From IMG/VR virus record IMGVR_UViG_3300032236_001232, positions 1 through 64,000 of that record: a stretch of 64,000 nucleotides of DNA, one strand, 5' to 3'. Of this stretch, positions 26,552 to 36,661 are shown one piece after another. Position 1 is the stretch's first letter. Each line of letters starts with the position of its first letter. Below the pieces are notes generated by a model. That model had not been told where the DNA came from and ran no database searches. It was given only the letters and a program-made list of their open reading frames with translations. Origin of the DNA: a virus. Both the position numbers and the translations under genes were made by a program.

Positions 26552-28834
26552 TTAAAAGGTTATTGTTCCGCTACCTGTATATGTGTACACACGGTTTTTA
26601 TATCCTAAACCAGTTGCGAATGGACTGGACTGGCTCCAAGTTGGCACCGCTGCACTTACGTTACCTTGTGCAAGCACAACAGTTGATGTAGAAGAATCTG
26701 CAAAATAAGACCCAGACACTGAATTTAATAGTAGTTTAGTTCCAGATATTGCCGTTAATGGTGCTGTTGGAACTGTTAATGTTGTTAACGACGGGTTGTA
26801 CACAGCCGTGTTTGTCATTCTTAAATTAGTAAAATAACCATTTGGATTGTATAAATTTGGCGCTTGGTTGTATGCTCCCCATACAAAATTAGTGCAATCC
26901 ACTGCTTGCGAGTTGCTTGCATTAGTTGCATATCTTGTACCATTTGAAAACAAAGATATAGTGGTTCCTGATCTTACAACCGCGATATGTGTCCATGTGT
27001 TAACCAAAAGAGAAGCGGTATTGCTACTTATAAGTTGAAACATTGACCCTGTTGCGTTTTGATAATACAAATAATTTGATGCTGGATTGTACTGAATATA
27101 GATATTATTGCCACCGGAAAACCAAATTTTAAGTGCTGATAGGTCGGTAATAAACACCCACATCTCAATTGTAAAATCGCCAGTTCCTAAATTCAAATTG
27201 CTCGAGGTTGCGCTCATGTATTGATTTGCTGTGCCAGAAAAGTACATACTCCCAGATCCACTAGTGCCAACGGTTGGACTACCAGTAGTCGCAGTGGCTC
27301 CGGCATAAGTGTCTGGGTAACTTAAGACGACAATGCCAGAGCCGCCAGAGCCGCCTGCGTAAAAAGTTGTAGGGCTTAAACTAAGGCCGCCACCCCCACC
27401 TCCGCCTCCGGTATTTGGAGTTCCGTTAGTACCAGTAGTTGTTAAACTTCCAGCGCCGCCGCCGCCGGTTCCTCCTGTAGTTGTGGTGGTTACAGTAGTT
27501 CCTCTATAATCGCCGCCGCCGCCTCCTCCGCCAGCAAAGACAGTTACTGTGCCAGTAATAATAGATGCAATACCTGCCCCGCCATTTCCTGACAATTGCG
27601 GCCCAGTACTATTATAGTAGTAATCTTGTCCGGCGGCTCCTGCTCCGCCACCTCCGCCTGACTTAGGGTAGTTTATATTATTACCTGACCCACCTTTGTT
27701 TCCTTGACCGGCAATTCCTTGGCTGCCTCCTACTTGATTATTAGAACTTCCGCCTGAACCTCCGCCTGAACCTCCTGCAGAAGATGATATACCAGAAGCT
27801 CCTCCACCACCACCGCCTGTAGCAGTAATGGATCCAAAGACGGAATTTTGACCAACAGAACCGACTAATGTGTTGTCACTAGAAGACAATGCTCCTCCGG
27901 CACCGCCGCCACCTACAGTAACAGTGATAGCAGATCCTGCGGTAACAGACACAGATCCTTGAAGTAATCCCCCGCCTCCTCCTCCGCCACCGGCGTTACC
28001 ATTGCCGCCTCCTCCTCCGCCGGCAACCACAAGGTAGTCTACCACCGGAGGTGGAAGGTGAGTAATTTGAGTAAATGGATACGCTTGAACTGGATTACTT
28101 CCGTTAGTTCCGGAATATATTGTACCATCCATTCCGGTAAATCCATTACCGCTATTATCAATAAGTGTTGAACTTTGGCATGTTAATAAAGAAGTACCGC
28201 TGATAGCAGTCAATGGACTAGTCGGCGGTGCAAAATTCGCGGTGTAAACAGCAGTACCTTTGACAAGACGAAAATTAGATACAATTCCTGTATGAAAGTT
28301 TATAAAACCTGGAGTCACGCTGGTTCTATGTGCCGAGATATCTAGTTCTGTAAATACCTGATCGTTTGAAGCATAACTTCCGGTACCTACACTTGTTCCA
28401 TTTACATAAACCTTTATTGAAGAACCGCTTCTAACAACCGCTACATGATACCAGTTGTTTATTACAGGAGTAAATGTTGTAGTAACTGCTGTCAGCGAAC
28501 TGCCAGATGTGTTTAATTGTTCCCATTTTAGGACATCAGTGGAGGAGCCGGCCCAAGAAAGATTGTAGTAAGATTGATCTGTGCTTCCTTTATTCCATGA
28601 CCAAACAGTACTTGCTGTATTAGCGCTCCATAAAATCCAAGATTCTATTGTATATGTAGTAGTTGTGCTTATATCTAATGGTCCAGAGGCTGTAATAGAA
28701 TATCTAATCATGCGATTACCGCCACCAGTTGAATTATTAAAAATAACTCCGTATGTAAGTGGTTGCTGGGGATTCCACGACTTTTGTTGTAAACCTTGTA
28801 GATGATGTTTTAAGGTAAAAATTCCTCTTGCCAT
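26552..28834 (-). CDS. LamG/ConA-like plus glycine-rich fibre protein
   Basis: TIE.W...W.H.AVVRSG....L..NG LamG motif twice, flanking a Gly-rich domain. Confidence 0.85.
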   Translation of the reverse strand: MARGIFTLKHHLQGLQQKSWNPQQPLTYGVIFNNSTGGGNRMIRYSITASGPLDISTTTTYTIESWILWSANTASTVWSWNKGSTDQSYYNLSWAGSSTDVLKWEQLNTSGSSLTAVTTTFTPVINNWYHVAVVRSGSSIKVYVNGTSVGTGSYASNDQVFTELDISAHRTSVTPGFINFHTGIVSNFRLVKGTAVYTANFAPPTSPLTAISGTSLLTCQSSTLIDNSGNGFTGMDGTIYSGTNGSNPVQAYPFTQITHLPPPVVDYLVVAGGGGGGNGNAGGGGGGGGLLQGSVSVTAGSAITVTVGGGGAGGALSSSDNTLVGSVGQNSVFGSITATGGGGGGASGISSSAGGSGGGSGGSSNNQVGGSQGIAGQGNKGGSGNNINYPKSGGGGGAGAAGQDYYYNSTGPQLSGNGGAGIASIITGTVTVFAGGGGGGGDYRGTTVTTTTTGGTGGGGAGSLTTTGTNGTPNTGGGGGGGGLSLSPTTFYAGGSGGSGIVVLSYPDTYAGATATTGSPTVGTSGSGSMYFSGTANQYMSATSSNLNLGTGDFTIEMWVFITDLSALKIWFSGGNNIYIQYNPASNYLYYQNATGSMFQLISSNTASLLVNTWTHIAVVRSGTTISLFSNGTRYATNASNSQAVDCTNFVWGAYNQAPNLYNPNGYFTNLRMTNTAVYNPSLTTLTVPTAPLTAISGTKLLLNSVSGSYFADSSTSTVVLAQGNVSAAVPTWSQSSPFATGLGYKNRVYTYTGSGTITF

Positions 28835-28847
28835 AGTATATCCAACC

Positions 28848-29711
28848 TTAAAAAGTTATTGTTCCGCTAGCAACGAACACATACACTCGCCATGCACCTG
28901 CGATGTATGTTTGTGGACTACCAGTTGTTGCAGTCGCCTGGCCAAAATATGCCGGGTAACGGATAACTACAATGCCCGAGCCGCCTGCTACACCGTTTGA
29001 TGTCACTGTGCCAGATTTTCCGCCACCGCCACCGCCGCCACCGGTGTTAGAAACTCCAGTTGTTGCTAGTCCGTTAGTTCCATAACCGCCGCCACCGCCG
29101 CCCCCGCCACCGAGCCCCCCAGGGAATAGAGTATAACCTGTTCCGGCACCATAACCGCCTCCTCCACCGCCAGCATATTGAACTGGTGATCCAGTAATTT
29201 GTGAAACAACCCCTGCCCCGCCATTTGGAGCAGGAGCATTATTAATTCCACTACCCCCAACTGAACCCGCTCCGCCTCCGGCGCCAGCCGCTCCGTAGTC
29301 TGCTCCTGAGTATGAAGCGGCAGCACCGCCGTTATTACCTTGTCCTGCGGTTCCTGATCCATAAGTTGGATTGCCGGCAACTGCGCCACCACCGCCTGAA
29401 CCACCGGATTGGCCGGCCCCGTTATTTGATGTTCCAACGCCACCGCCTATGGCAGTTATAGTTCCAAAGACAGAATTTGACCCATTTGAACCAGATCCGC
29501 CTGCGCCAACGGTAACGGTAATACTTGAACCAATTGTAATAGGATACCCAGTTCCGGTGAGTAATCCACCAGCGCCGCCGCCTCCTCCTTGAGATTGTGC
29601 GTTACCACCAGCGCCGCCGCCGGCAACTACCAAATACTCAACGGTAGTGACAGGACCATTCAGCCCCGTAGAACCTGCCGAAAGTATCCCGCCGTTGTAA
29701 CGTTGTGACAT
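28848..29711 (-). CDS. glycine-rich fibre/virion protein
   Basis: paralogue of 25653-26540. Confidence 0.85.
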   Translation of the reverse strand: MSQRYNGGILSAGSTGLNGPVTTVEYLVVAGGGAGGNAQSQGGGGGAGGLLTGTGYPITIGSSITVTVGAGGSGSNGSNSVFGTITAIGGGVGTSNNGAGQSGGSGGGGAVAGNPTYGSGTAGQGNNGGAAASYSGADYGAAGAGGGAGSVGGSGINNAPAPNGGAGVVSQITGSPVQYAGGGGGGYGAGTGYTLFPGGLGGGGGGGGGYGTNGLATTGVSNTGGGGGGGGKSGTVTSNGVAGGSGIVVIRYPAYFGQATATTGSPQTYIAGAWRVYVFVASGTITF

Positions 29712-29729
29712 TATGTAACCGTATCGGGT

Positions 29730-30101
29730 TTAGGTTATGGCTTCGTAGCTGGCTACTAATTCTAGTGCGCTGCTAGTGCCCACCGTAACTACCACGCTTT
29801 GACCTTCGCCTACATAAAACGCAGTAGTCTTGTCTGTGATAATTAGCGATGCATAAGCTGGTACTGAAATTTGATAAGCAATACGATAAGCAGTACCACC
29901 GCCACTGATTGCACTATTAACTGATACTGTTACAGTGGCAGCATTGGCAGTTACGTTACTGGCCACAATGCTTTCTATTTTATTTACTGTACTGGTAGCT
30001 GGTGTTAGTGCTGTCCAAGTGTTAGCACTGGTGTTAGCGGGAATCAAATATGTGGTGTTGCCATATATGGTTGATGCCCCTATGATATTTGGATTGGCCA
30101 T
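29730..30101 (-). CDS. hypothetical virion protein
   Basis: MANPNI...SYE.I beta-sandwich-like ORF in fibre cluster. Confidence 0.75.
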   Translation of the reverse strand: MANPNIIGASTIYGNTTYLIPANTSANTWTALTPATSTVNKIESIVASNVTANAATVTVSVNSAISGGGTAYRIAYQISVPAYASLIITDKTTAFYVGEGQSVVVTVGTSSALELVASYEAIT

Positions 30102-30106
30102 TTTGT

Positions 30107-32635
30107 TTAATCACTCCCGTAAATTGTTGCCAATGCATAACTCTTGGCTTTTGTTGTTCCTATATTAGTCGATAGTGAGGTATTTAGCAGCACTAAATCG
30201 GTTAGTGCTAAATCCATGTCTGATAATATAAAGGTTCTTCCTAGCTGAGCAGCAGGTGTAGTAATACTCTTACTAACTGCACTGTAGGTGCTGGTTCCTA
30301 TGGCATTGGTGGCATAGACTGTAAATGTATAGGTATTACTAGCCTGTAACCCACTAACTGTAATTGTTCCACTTCTTGAAGTAACTGATGTACCGGTTAT
30401 ACCGCCCGGCGTAGATACCGCAGTATAGCTGGTAATAGTACTACCACCATTTAGTAGAGGCGCCATATAACCAATTTTAGCTGTGTAGTCGTTAGTTACT
30501 GTGCTTACATATCCCATAATTGGTGCATCTGGCACTGTTGGGGTATAGGTAATAACCGGACCAGCAAGGAATTCAGCAGTTGGTGCCGTAAAGTTTGCCG
30601 TATATCTAGCAATACCTTTTGTGATACGCACATCTTGCACGTAACCATTAAAATAAACAGTATCTCCCTGTCTCCATCCAATCAATAATGGTTTACCACC
30701 GTCGCTCATTGCTGTTACTTGTGCTGTAGAGTTTACCTGCGTTCCATTTAAGAATACTTTAATAGTTGTGCCAGTGCGAACTAATGCAACATGATTCCAA
30801 ACATTTAATGTTACAGAGGTAGCTGCACCATAATCTGTTTCAGTCGGCGATAGTCCATTTCCATTGCCAAGAGGTGCAATTAATTTACCTGCGGTGGTTA
30901 CTCCTATCCAATATTGAGAATAAGATGTGCCAGAAATGCCATCTTTACCAAGTATTACTTGATTAGCTGCTGTTAATGCTGTACAGTAAAACCAAGTTTC
31001 TATAGTGAAATCACCAGTTGTTAAATTTAACTGAGGATTATGAGGGATACTCAAATAATCACTAGTGCCATTAAACTTCATACTAGCAGGCGACCATTTG
31101 TACACGCTGGTGCTGACTTGTGCGCTTCCTACCGTGATTTCATTATTCTGCACCGCAGCGTCGTAGATTCCCGCGTTGGTGTAGTTGAGAAGCAATTGTG
31201 TACCTGAAATTGCTGTTACTGGCGCAGTGGGAGGAGTAAAGTTAGCAGTATAAACAGCCGTTCCCATTACAACACGCGGATTAGATATATAACCAAAATA
31301 ATCATATGCAAAAGAACCTGTGTTGCCACCAAAAAATATAGTTGTGTTTGCATTTACCCAACTAACAGTTCCAGACATAATAGACACACCATTCAAATAA
31401 ACGCTAGTTGTGCTACTATTTTTGACTATCGCAATATGTTGCCAAGCATAGAGAGTTGGCGTAACACTTGAAGTCAATACGTTTGAAGATCCAAATGTGT
31501 TGATTACAAATGCGTTAGCAGATCCGCCCGGTATTAAACCATAAACAGTTCCAGCTGCCGGCGTCATTGTAATATAGCGGGCACTGCTGCTACCCAAACT
31601 TTGAGCATAAAACCATGCTTCAATTGTCCAATTTCCAGTAGAAAGATTAAACACGGAATTTTGCGGGGGAACAACAGAATCTCCGCTTGTTCCAAAATAC
31701 ACACTCCCGCCATAGGCTGCAGCGGTATACGAAGATAGCAGGGCAAATGGTTGAAAGGATTGAATTTTAGGGGAATTGTTAACTGTAATTGCAAAAGCAT
31801 TGGTGCTGTTGTCTTTAAATCGATTATCTTGGCAGGTCAATAGAACGGTATTGGTAACAGCGGTCAATGGAGTAGTAGGACCACCGGCAGGAGGAACAAT
31901 TGCGGTTCCGTTTACAAAACGAACATTGCTAAGATATCCTTGCATATTGTAACCAGAAGCCCAATTTAATCCACCAATGAAAAAATTATTTGCACTGATA
32001 CTATCGGCGCTGGTTCCAGTTGCTACACTTGTACCATTTATGTATAATGTAAGTTGATTTGTACTCGTCCCTGATCTAACAACAGCGATATGATACCAGG
32101 CACCGAGAGTCGGTGTCCATGTGTAGGCTATTTTAGAACTGCCGCCATTTGTGAAAATGTTTAAAACATCTGCATTCGAATCCCTACTAATTTCTATAGG
32201 ACTCAACCCGCTTTGTCCCATTAAAATCATTCTTTGATTAGTACCAGACCACGCAGTCCAATTTGCCCAAAATTCTACAGTAAAATTGCTTGTGCCGACT
32301 GCAAATACAGCATTATTTGATACAAGTAAATTATCAGCAGTTGTTGTTCCAAAATACCCACTCCAATATCCGCTAGGCCAATATGGAGTAAATGAACCTT
32401 GTGTTGGAGTTCCGCTGCGAGTGATGGTGAAGTTGTTGGCACTAGAATCTAAAAACGTATTATTTGTAGCAGTATTGACACCAGTTGTTTTAGTTAATAA
32501 TACATTATTTGCAAAGTTACTGTCAGTTACAGTGACCGCTGTACCTGAGGAAACAACCCCGGACTTTTGAATAGCTAACCCGTTGCCACGTACAACACCA
32601 GTTCCAAACGTTCCTCTTCTATATGCCGCAACCAT
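30107..32635 (-). CDS. LamG/ConA-like (x3) plus FN3 domain fibre protein
   Basis: three FT.E.W...W.H.A.V repeats; VPDAP...GGSTITSY...VSGL...YTFTVYATNAIG FN3. Confidence 0.85.
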   Translation of the reverse strand: MVAAYRRGTFGTGVVRGNGLAIQKSGVVSSGTAVTVTDSNFANNVLLTKTTGVNTATNNTFLDSSANNFTITRSGTPTQGSFTPYWPSGYWSGYFGTTTADNLLVSNNAVFAVGTSNFTVEFWANWTAWSGTNQRMILMGQSGLSPIEISRDSNADVLNIFTNGGSSKIAYTWTPTLGAWYHIAVVRSGTSTNQLTLYINGTSVATGTSADSISANNFFIGGLNWASGYNMQGYLSNVRFVNGTAIVPPAGGPTTPLTAVTNTVLLTCQDNRFKDNSTNAFAITVNNSPKIQSFQPFALLSSYTAAAYGGSVYFGTSGDSVVPPQNSVFNLSTGNWTIEAWFYAQSLGSSSARYITMTPAAGTVYGLIPGGSANAFVINTFGSSNVLTSSVTPTLYAWQHIAIVKNSSTTSVYLNGVSIMSGTVSWVNANTTIFFGGNTGSFAYDYFGYISNPRVVMGTAVYTANFTPPTAPVTAISGTQLLLNYTNAGIYDAAVQNNEITVGSAQVSTSVYKWSPASMKFNGTSDYLSIPHNPQLNLTTGDFTIETWFYCTALTAANQVILGKDGISGTSYSQYWIGVTTAGKLIAPLGNGNGLSPTETDYGAATSVTLNVWNHVALVRTGTTIKVFLNGTQVNSTAQVTAMSDGGKPLLIGWRQGDTVYFNGYVQDVRITKGIARYTANFTAPTAEFLAGPVITYTPTVPDAPIMGYVSTVTNDYTAKIGYMAPLLNGGSTITSYTAVSTPGGITGTSVTSRSGTITVSGLQASNTYTFTVYATNAIGTSTYSAVSKSITTPAAQLGRTFILSDMDLALTDLVLLNTSLSTNIGTTKAKSYALATIYGSD

Positions 32636-32638
32636 TTT

Positions 32639-34870
32639 TTATTTTAATCCAGCTAGTTTCAACATGCTCTCCATTTCTCCACGCTCACGAGCCTGATCAA
32701 ATGAGTGATCCATATCGTCGGGAGCACTATCACCATGTCCTGGAGCATAATCATCAGCATATGGCTCTTCTGGTTCATACTCGCTTTGCATTTCCATGGC
32801 TGTTTTTAATATTTCAGATCTGGTAGGATTTTTGCCAGAAAACGCAGGTGTCATGCCAACTAAATGTTTCCAACTGCTACCAAATTGGCGACGCATATCT
32901 CCGGCATTGACCTTTTTGCTACGTAGAGCAGCAATCATTTCAGGTAGGTCATTTTGGAAATCAATATCTCTATCACTCATGGCACCTTCGTCCATTTCTG
33001 GTTCAGCTGGCATTCCACTGAGCTCGCGAATTCTAGCCAATCCATCTACATCATTTACCTTGCCGTGTTTTTTAGCCCAACGACGTGTGAGTTTTTCCAT
33101 AAACTGCTCGGCCATTTCACGAGCACGTTCGCCCATTTCCTCGCCGTATTTTTCAGAAATTTCTTTCTTAACTTCAGTGGCAATGTTCTCTGGATCTCTA
33201 AATGCGCCCACATCGGGATTGTCTTCATTAAAACGACTCTTAACGATTTCAGCAATCTTACGAACCATTCCCTCACGACCTTCTGCGGTCATTGTGCTGT
33301 TGGTCCACATACCTTCATCGTTCTCTGCTGACATGATGCCATGCACAGTAGCAGTACCACGACCTTCTGGTTGTGTCATTTCTGCTGTGGGCTGTTCAGT
33401 TCCTGGCGCAGGTGGTAATTCTGGTGCAGCAGGTGCCGGAGGTTGTTCAGTTCCAGCCGCTGCCACGGGTGCAGGCGACTCGCCTTCTGCATCTGTATAG
33501 TTAATGCCTAGTTTATCTAATAAGCTGGGTTGATTTTCTTTGGCCCAAGGAATGAATACATCTTCCATTGGATCTGCTTCGCTATCAATTCTTGCTTCAT
33601 CTTCAAAGTTTTGATTTAGTTCTTCGTCATCTAATCCTAATTCGCTAAAAAAGTTAATGGCTGTTTCACCATTAGGGCCTAATTGTAATGGTTCTGGTAA
33701 TTGTTCTAATGCCTGTTTAATTGCCGCAATTTGATCGTCAGTTAGTTCGCCACGTTCTGTAGCATCTGCCCAATCTTCAAATTCTTTGAATATGCTTTCT
33801 TTAACTTCTTTGTCATCTTCTTCATCTTCTGTATCATCTTCGCTGACTAGATCTTCTAATTCAATCTCATTAGTTTCTGCCATGATGCGATGTATTAGTG
33901 GAAAGTATTGTGTAAGTTCTTCTTGGAAATTTTTCTGTGTAAATTTGCTCTTGTATTCTTCCATAGTTACAGCATCTAGTTCTGTCATGCTGTCATCAAG
34001 TTGTTCTTGCTCGTTAAATTCTGCTAACCAATTTTCATAATATTGACGCTTGCCTATTGCAGCAATTTTCGCTTTTAGCTCTGTAAGTCGGCCTACGGCC
34101 CTGTCTGTTATTCCTGTGGCGTCATCATGCAGTGTTTGATGTTGAACTTTTCTTTGAAATTCGCCTAGTTGAGCAATTTCCTCACTCATTTTAATAATAG
34201 CACGGCCTGCGGGGTCATGTGGGATGCCACCGTGATCTACGTGTTGTGCCATGGCAAATGCGCCTGCTGGATGAATGAACGGATACTTAAAACGCTCACC
34301 ATCTCTATTTTGAATAAAAATTGCCTTGATGTTTTTACGTTGGCTACGACTACCAGCAAAATCTTCATCTACTGGTTTGTGATGTCTTACAATGACTTCA
34401 GTGCGTCCTTGGATAGCACGACTGGTTTTGCGCGAACTCTTATGGTTCCAACGGCTTTCATTTACGGTGTTCATAGGTTCTTCTTCCTTAGGGCCTTGGG
34501 TCGCAGCTAGATGCTGGAAATCATTTTTGTCAAGGTTGTTTTTGGCAATGTCTCTGGTATCAAATCTCAACAGTCTACGCATGGCAAAGAAACGCATTTC
34601 TTTTAAAAAATCATACCATGTTTGTTTAACAGGAGTATCTTGATTTTCTGTAATGCCTTGACTATAATAAACTTTGAGACTACCCAGATCATTTAGACTG
34701 ATACTAACACGACCTAGATTATTACCTTCGTGAATAAAATCAAAATCAAAGAAGCGAGCTTCGGCTGGATCGATGGTCACAGCGCCGGTTTCGTCGCCCA
34801 TTTCTAAATTACTAAAGCGACTACGCACTTTGTCAAAAACGTCTTGAGAAATTATCTGGATAGGTTTCAT
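32639..34870 (-). CDS. hypothetical acidic head-associated protein
   Basis: TAAATA 4 nt before ATG; LARIRELSGM and MLKLAGLK motifs. Confidence 0.8.
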   Translation of the reverse strand: MKPIQIISQDVFDKVRSRFSNLEMGDETGAVTIDPAEARFFDFDFIHEGNNLGRVSISLNDLGSLKVYYSQGITENQDTPVKQTWYDFLKEMRFFAMRRLLRFDTRDIAKNNLDKNDFQHLAATQGPKEEEPMNTVNESRWNHKSSRKTSRAIQGRTEVIVRHHKPVDEDFAGSRSQRKNIKAIFIQNRDGERFKYPFIHPAGAFAMAQHVDHGGIPHDPAGRAIIKMSEEIAQLGEFQRKVQHQTLHDDATGITDRAVGRLTELKAKIAAIGKRQYYENWLAEFNEQEQLDDSMTELDAVTMEEYKSKFTQKNFQEELTQYFPLIHRIMAETNEIELEDLVSEDDTEDEEDDKEVKESIFKEFEDWADATERGELTDDQIAAIKQALEQLPEPLQLGPNGETAINFFSELGLDDEELNQNFEDEARIDSEADPMEDVFIPWAKENQPSLLDKLGINYTDAEGESPAPVAAAGTEQPPAPAAPELPPAPGTEQPTAEMTQPEGRGTATVHGIMSAENDEGMWTNSTMTAEGREGMVRKIAEIVKSRFNEDNPDVGAFRDPENIATEVKKEISEKYGEEMGERAREMAEQFMEKLTRRWAKKHGKVNDVDGLARIRELSGMPAEPEMDEGAMSDRDIDFQNDLPEMIAALRSKKVNAGDMRRQFGSSWKHLVGMTPAFSGKNPTRSEILKTAMEMQSEYEPEEPYADDYAPGHGDSAPDDMDHSFDQARERGEMESMLKLAGLK

Positions 34871-34882
34871 CTTGTATTTATG

Positions 34883-35974
34883 TTAAAATGTATTTACATA
34901 GATGGGCATAGGCATAACCCATTCATCTTCGGATTCTTCTCTCATTTTATCATAGATACTGGGATCCCATTCCTGCAGAGTCATGGCCATTCTCACAGCC
35001 AATAACAAACTACTGACTAGATCATCATGGGTTCCAGATTTACCGGCAAAACTTATACCCTTAGCCACATAGGTTTTAAGTTCACTGATTAAGGGCTTGC
35101 TGTTTAATGTCATTCTATTGCTTTCAATTAAATGCTTTAATTTAGCACAGGCTGATATTTTACTAGTATGTGTAGTATTAAATCCTTTGCGGAATCTACG
35201 CACATGACCACGCTTAACTGGTTCACTGAGGAACAGTCCAGGGACACTTTCTTCGCCTATCTCTTCCATGGCTACCAGTGCTGCTTCACCTACGCTATTG
35301 TTTTCAATGCTGTAATATAAACTAGGAGTAACACCTTTCCTCGCACACTCGCTATTGATGTGATTACAAATATCTCTTAATATTCTCACCTGTCCCTGAA
35401 TAGGAGTAAGGTTATGATGCCACTCGGCTACTTGATCAAAACTGGGCAGTTCCATAATCTGTATAGCCGCAGGATCACCACCTGTTCCTAGACTGGGATC
35501 TAATGCCACTAGATAAGTGTGTTTAGGATTGATCTTTTTATACCAACGACATTGACCCATTTTCATTATGGGTTCCTTACCGTCTATACCGGCCAGTTTG
35601 AGACTGCTGATCAGGGTTTCATCAAAAACCAAAAATTCACAATTTTTAACAAGAATATCATTAGCATAAAATCTATGATTTTTTTCAACATTGAATAGAT
35701 CATATACTGGTTCTTTGTCAAACAATTTTACAGATACTACTTTTTCAATACCACTTGCAACTTGAATTCTTATACCGGGAAACAATTTTTGTGCTTCAAT
35801 TGGGCAGAATTTATTATCAAAAAAGTTGTGGTCAGGAGTGCAGGTTATTTCTCTGGTTTCTGTTTTTACCTTCAGTGTTTTTTGTAGGCCTTTATCCAAT
35901 AGCCCCTCAAAATTACTCCATCCGGTGTCGGTGAGGACTTGTAATCCTAATTTATTTTTTAGCAATTCTTCCAC
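34883..35974 (-). CDS. terL: terminase large subunit C-terminal half fused to split-intein C fragment (IntC, 111 aa)
   Basis: SD AAGGA + GTG 35974; intein blocks TCTPDH, VYDL.NV..NH.FYANDILVKN|C; then CEFL...LDPSLGTGGD...IENN...HDDLV nuclease domain. Confidence 0.9.
   Translation of the reverse strand: MEELLKNKLGLQVLTDTGWSNFEGLLDKGLQKTLKVKTETREITCTPDHNFFDNKFCPIEAQKLFPGIRIQVASGIEKVVSVKLFDKEPVYDLFNVEKNHRFYANDILVKNCEFLVFDETLISSLKLAGIDGKEPIMKMGQCRWYKKINPKHTYLVALDPSLGTGGDPAAIQIMELPSFDQVAEWHHNLTPIQGQVRILRDICNHINSECARKGVTPSLYYSIENNSVGEAALVAMEEIGEESVPGLFLSEPVKRGHVRRFRKGFNTTHTSKISACAKLKHLIESNRMTLNSKPLISELKTYVAKGISFAGKSGTHDDLVSSLLLAVRMAMTLQEWDPSIYDKMREESEDEWVMPMPIYVNTF
35642..35974 (-). other. split intein C-fragment coding region
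   Basis: ends Lys-Asn at 35642, followed by Cys+1 (35641-35639). Confidence 0.85.
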
Positions 35975-36635
35975 GACTAAATCCTTCAGGTTGATTACCT
36001 TCTTTAAATTGACGGGCCACCTCGCCATTGTTATACCACAGCATTCCTCGTTTTGCAGGCAATAATCGAGGCAACCTACCTTTAACATATCCATCTGGAC
36101 AATTTAGAGCATATGTTTCTACTACTCCGTTATTGAACCAGGTTTTTCCTTTGGCAGATCCTACTGTGCCTTTTTTAGCATCACTTATTTTTTTATTTCT
36201 TGCAGGATCTTTAGTATAATCATAATATCCGTCGGCAGATCTAATCTTAATTTGTTTTTCTCTTTCTTCTTCAGACCACCCTGTGCCTTTCTTTCGTCCG
36301 CCAATACCCGGTCTTTTTACACCCCTATTAGCGGCAGGTTTTCCATACATAGGATTTTTATCTCCTAAACGCATTTTAGATAGTTTCTCCTTGGCCTCTG
36401 TAGTATGTTTATAGCCACCGGGATTAGAATTTTTTAATATTTCATAAATTCTTTCTTCGTCTTTCATAATGCCAGATAAACTCAACCATGCTACTCTGTC
36501 CTGCCATCGGCCGTATTTTTCATATAGTTCTTTATGAGCAATGGCATGCTCCTCTATACTTAATTCAACCAAATTTGAAGGTTCATCGGAGCCTCCTGCG
36601 TGTCGAGGTATTATATGATGCTTATGTATTTTCAT
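35952..36635 (-). mobile_element. free-standing HNH homing endonuclease (NUMOD3-type repeats) between the terL halves
   Basis: HKHHIIPRHAGGSDEPSNLVELSIEEHAIAH; KHT.EAKEKLS; NPMYGK; two W.NNG repeats; own TAAATA (36646-36641). Confidence 0.88.
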
Positions 36636-36661
36636 AATATTATTTATCATTTCGTCAAATA

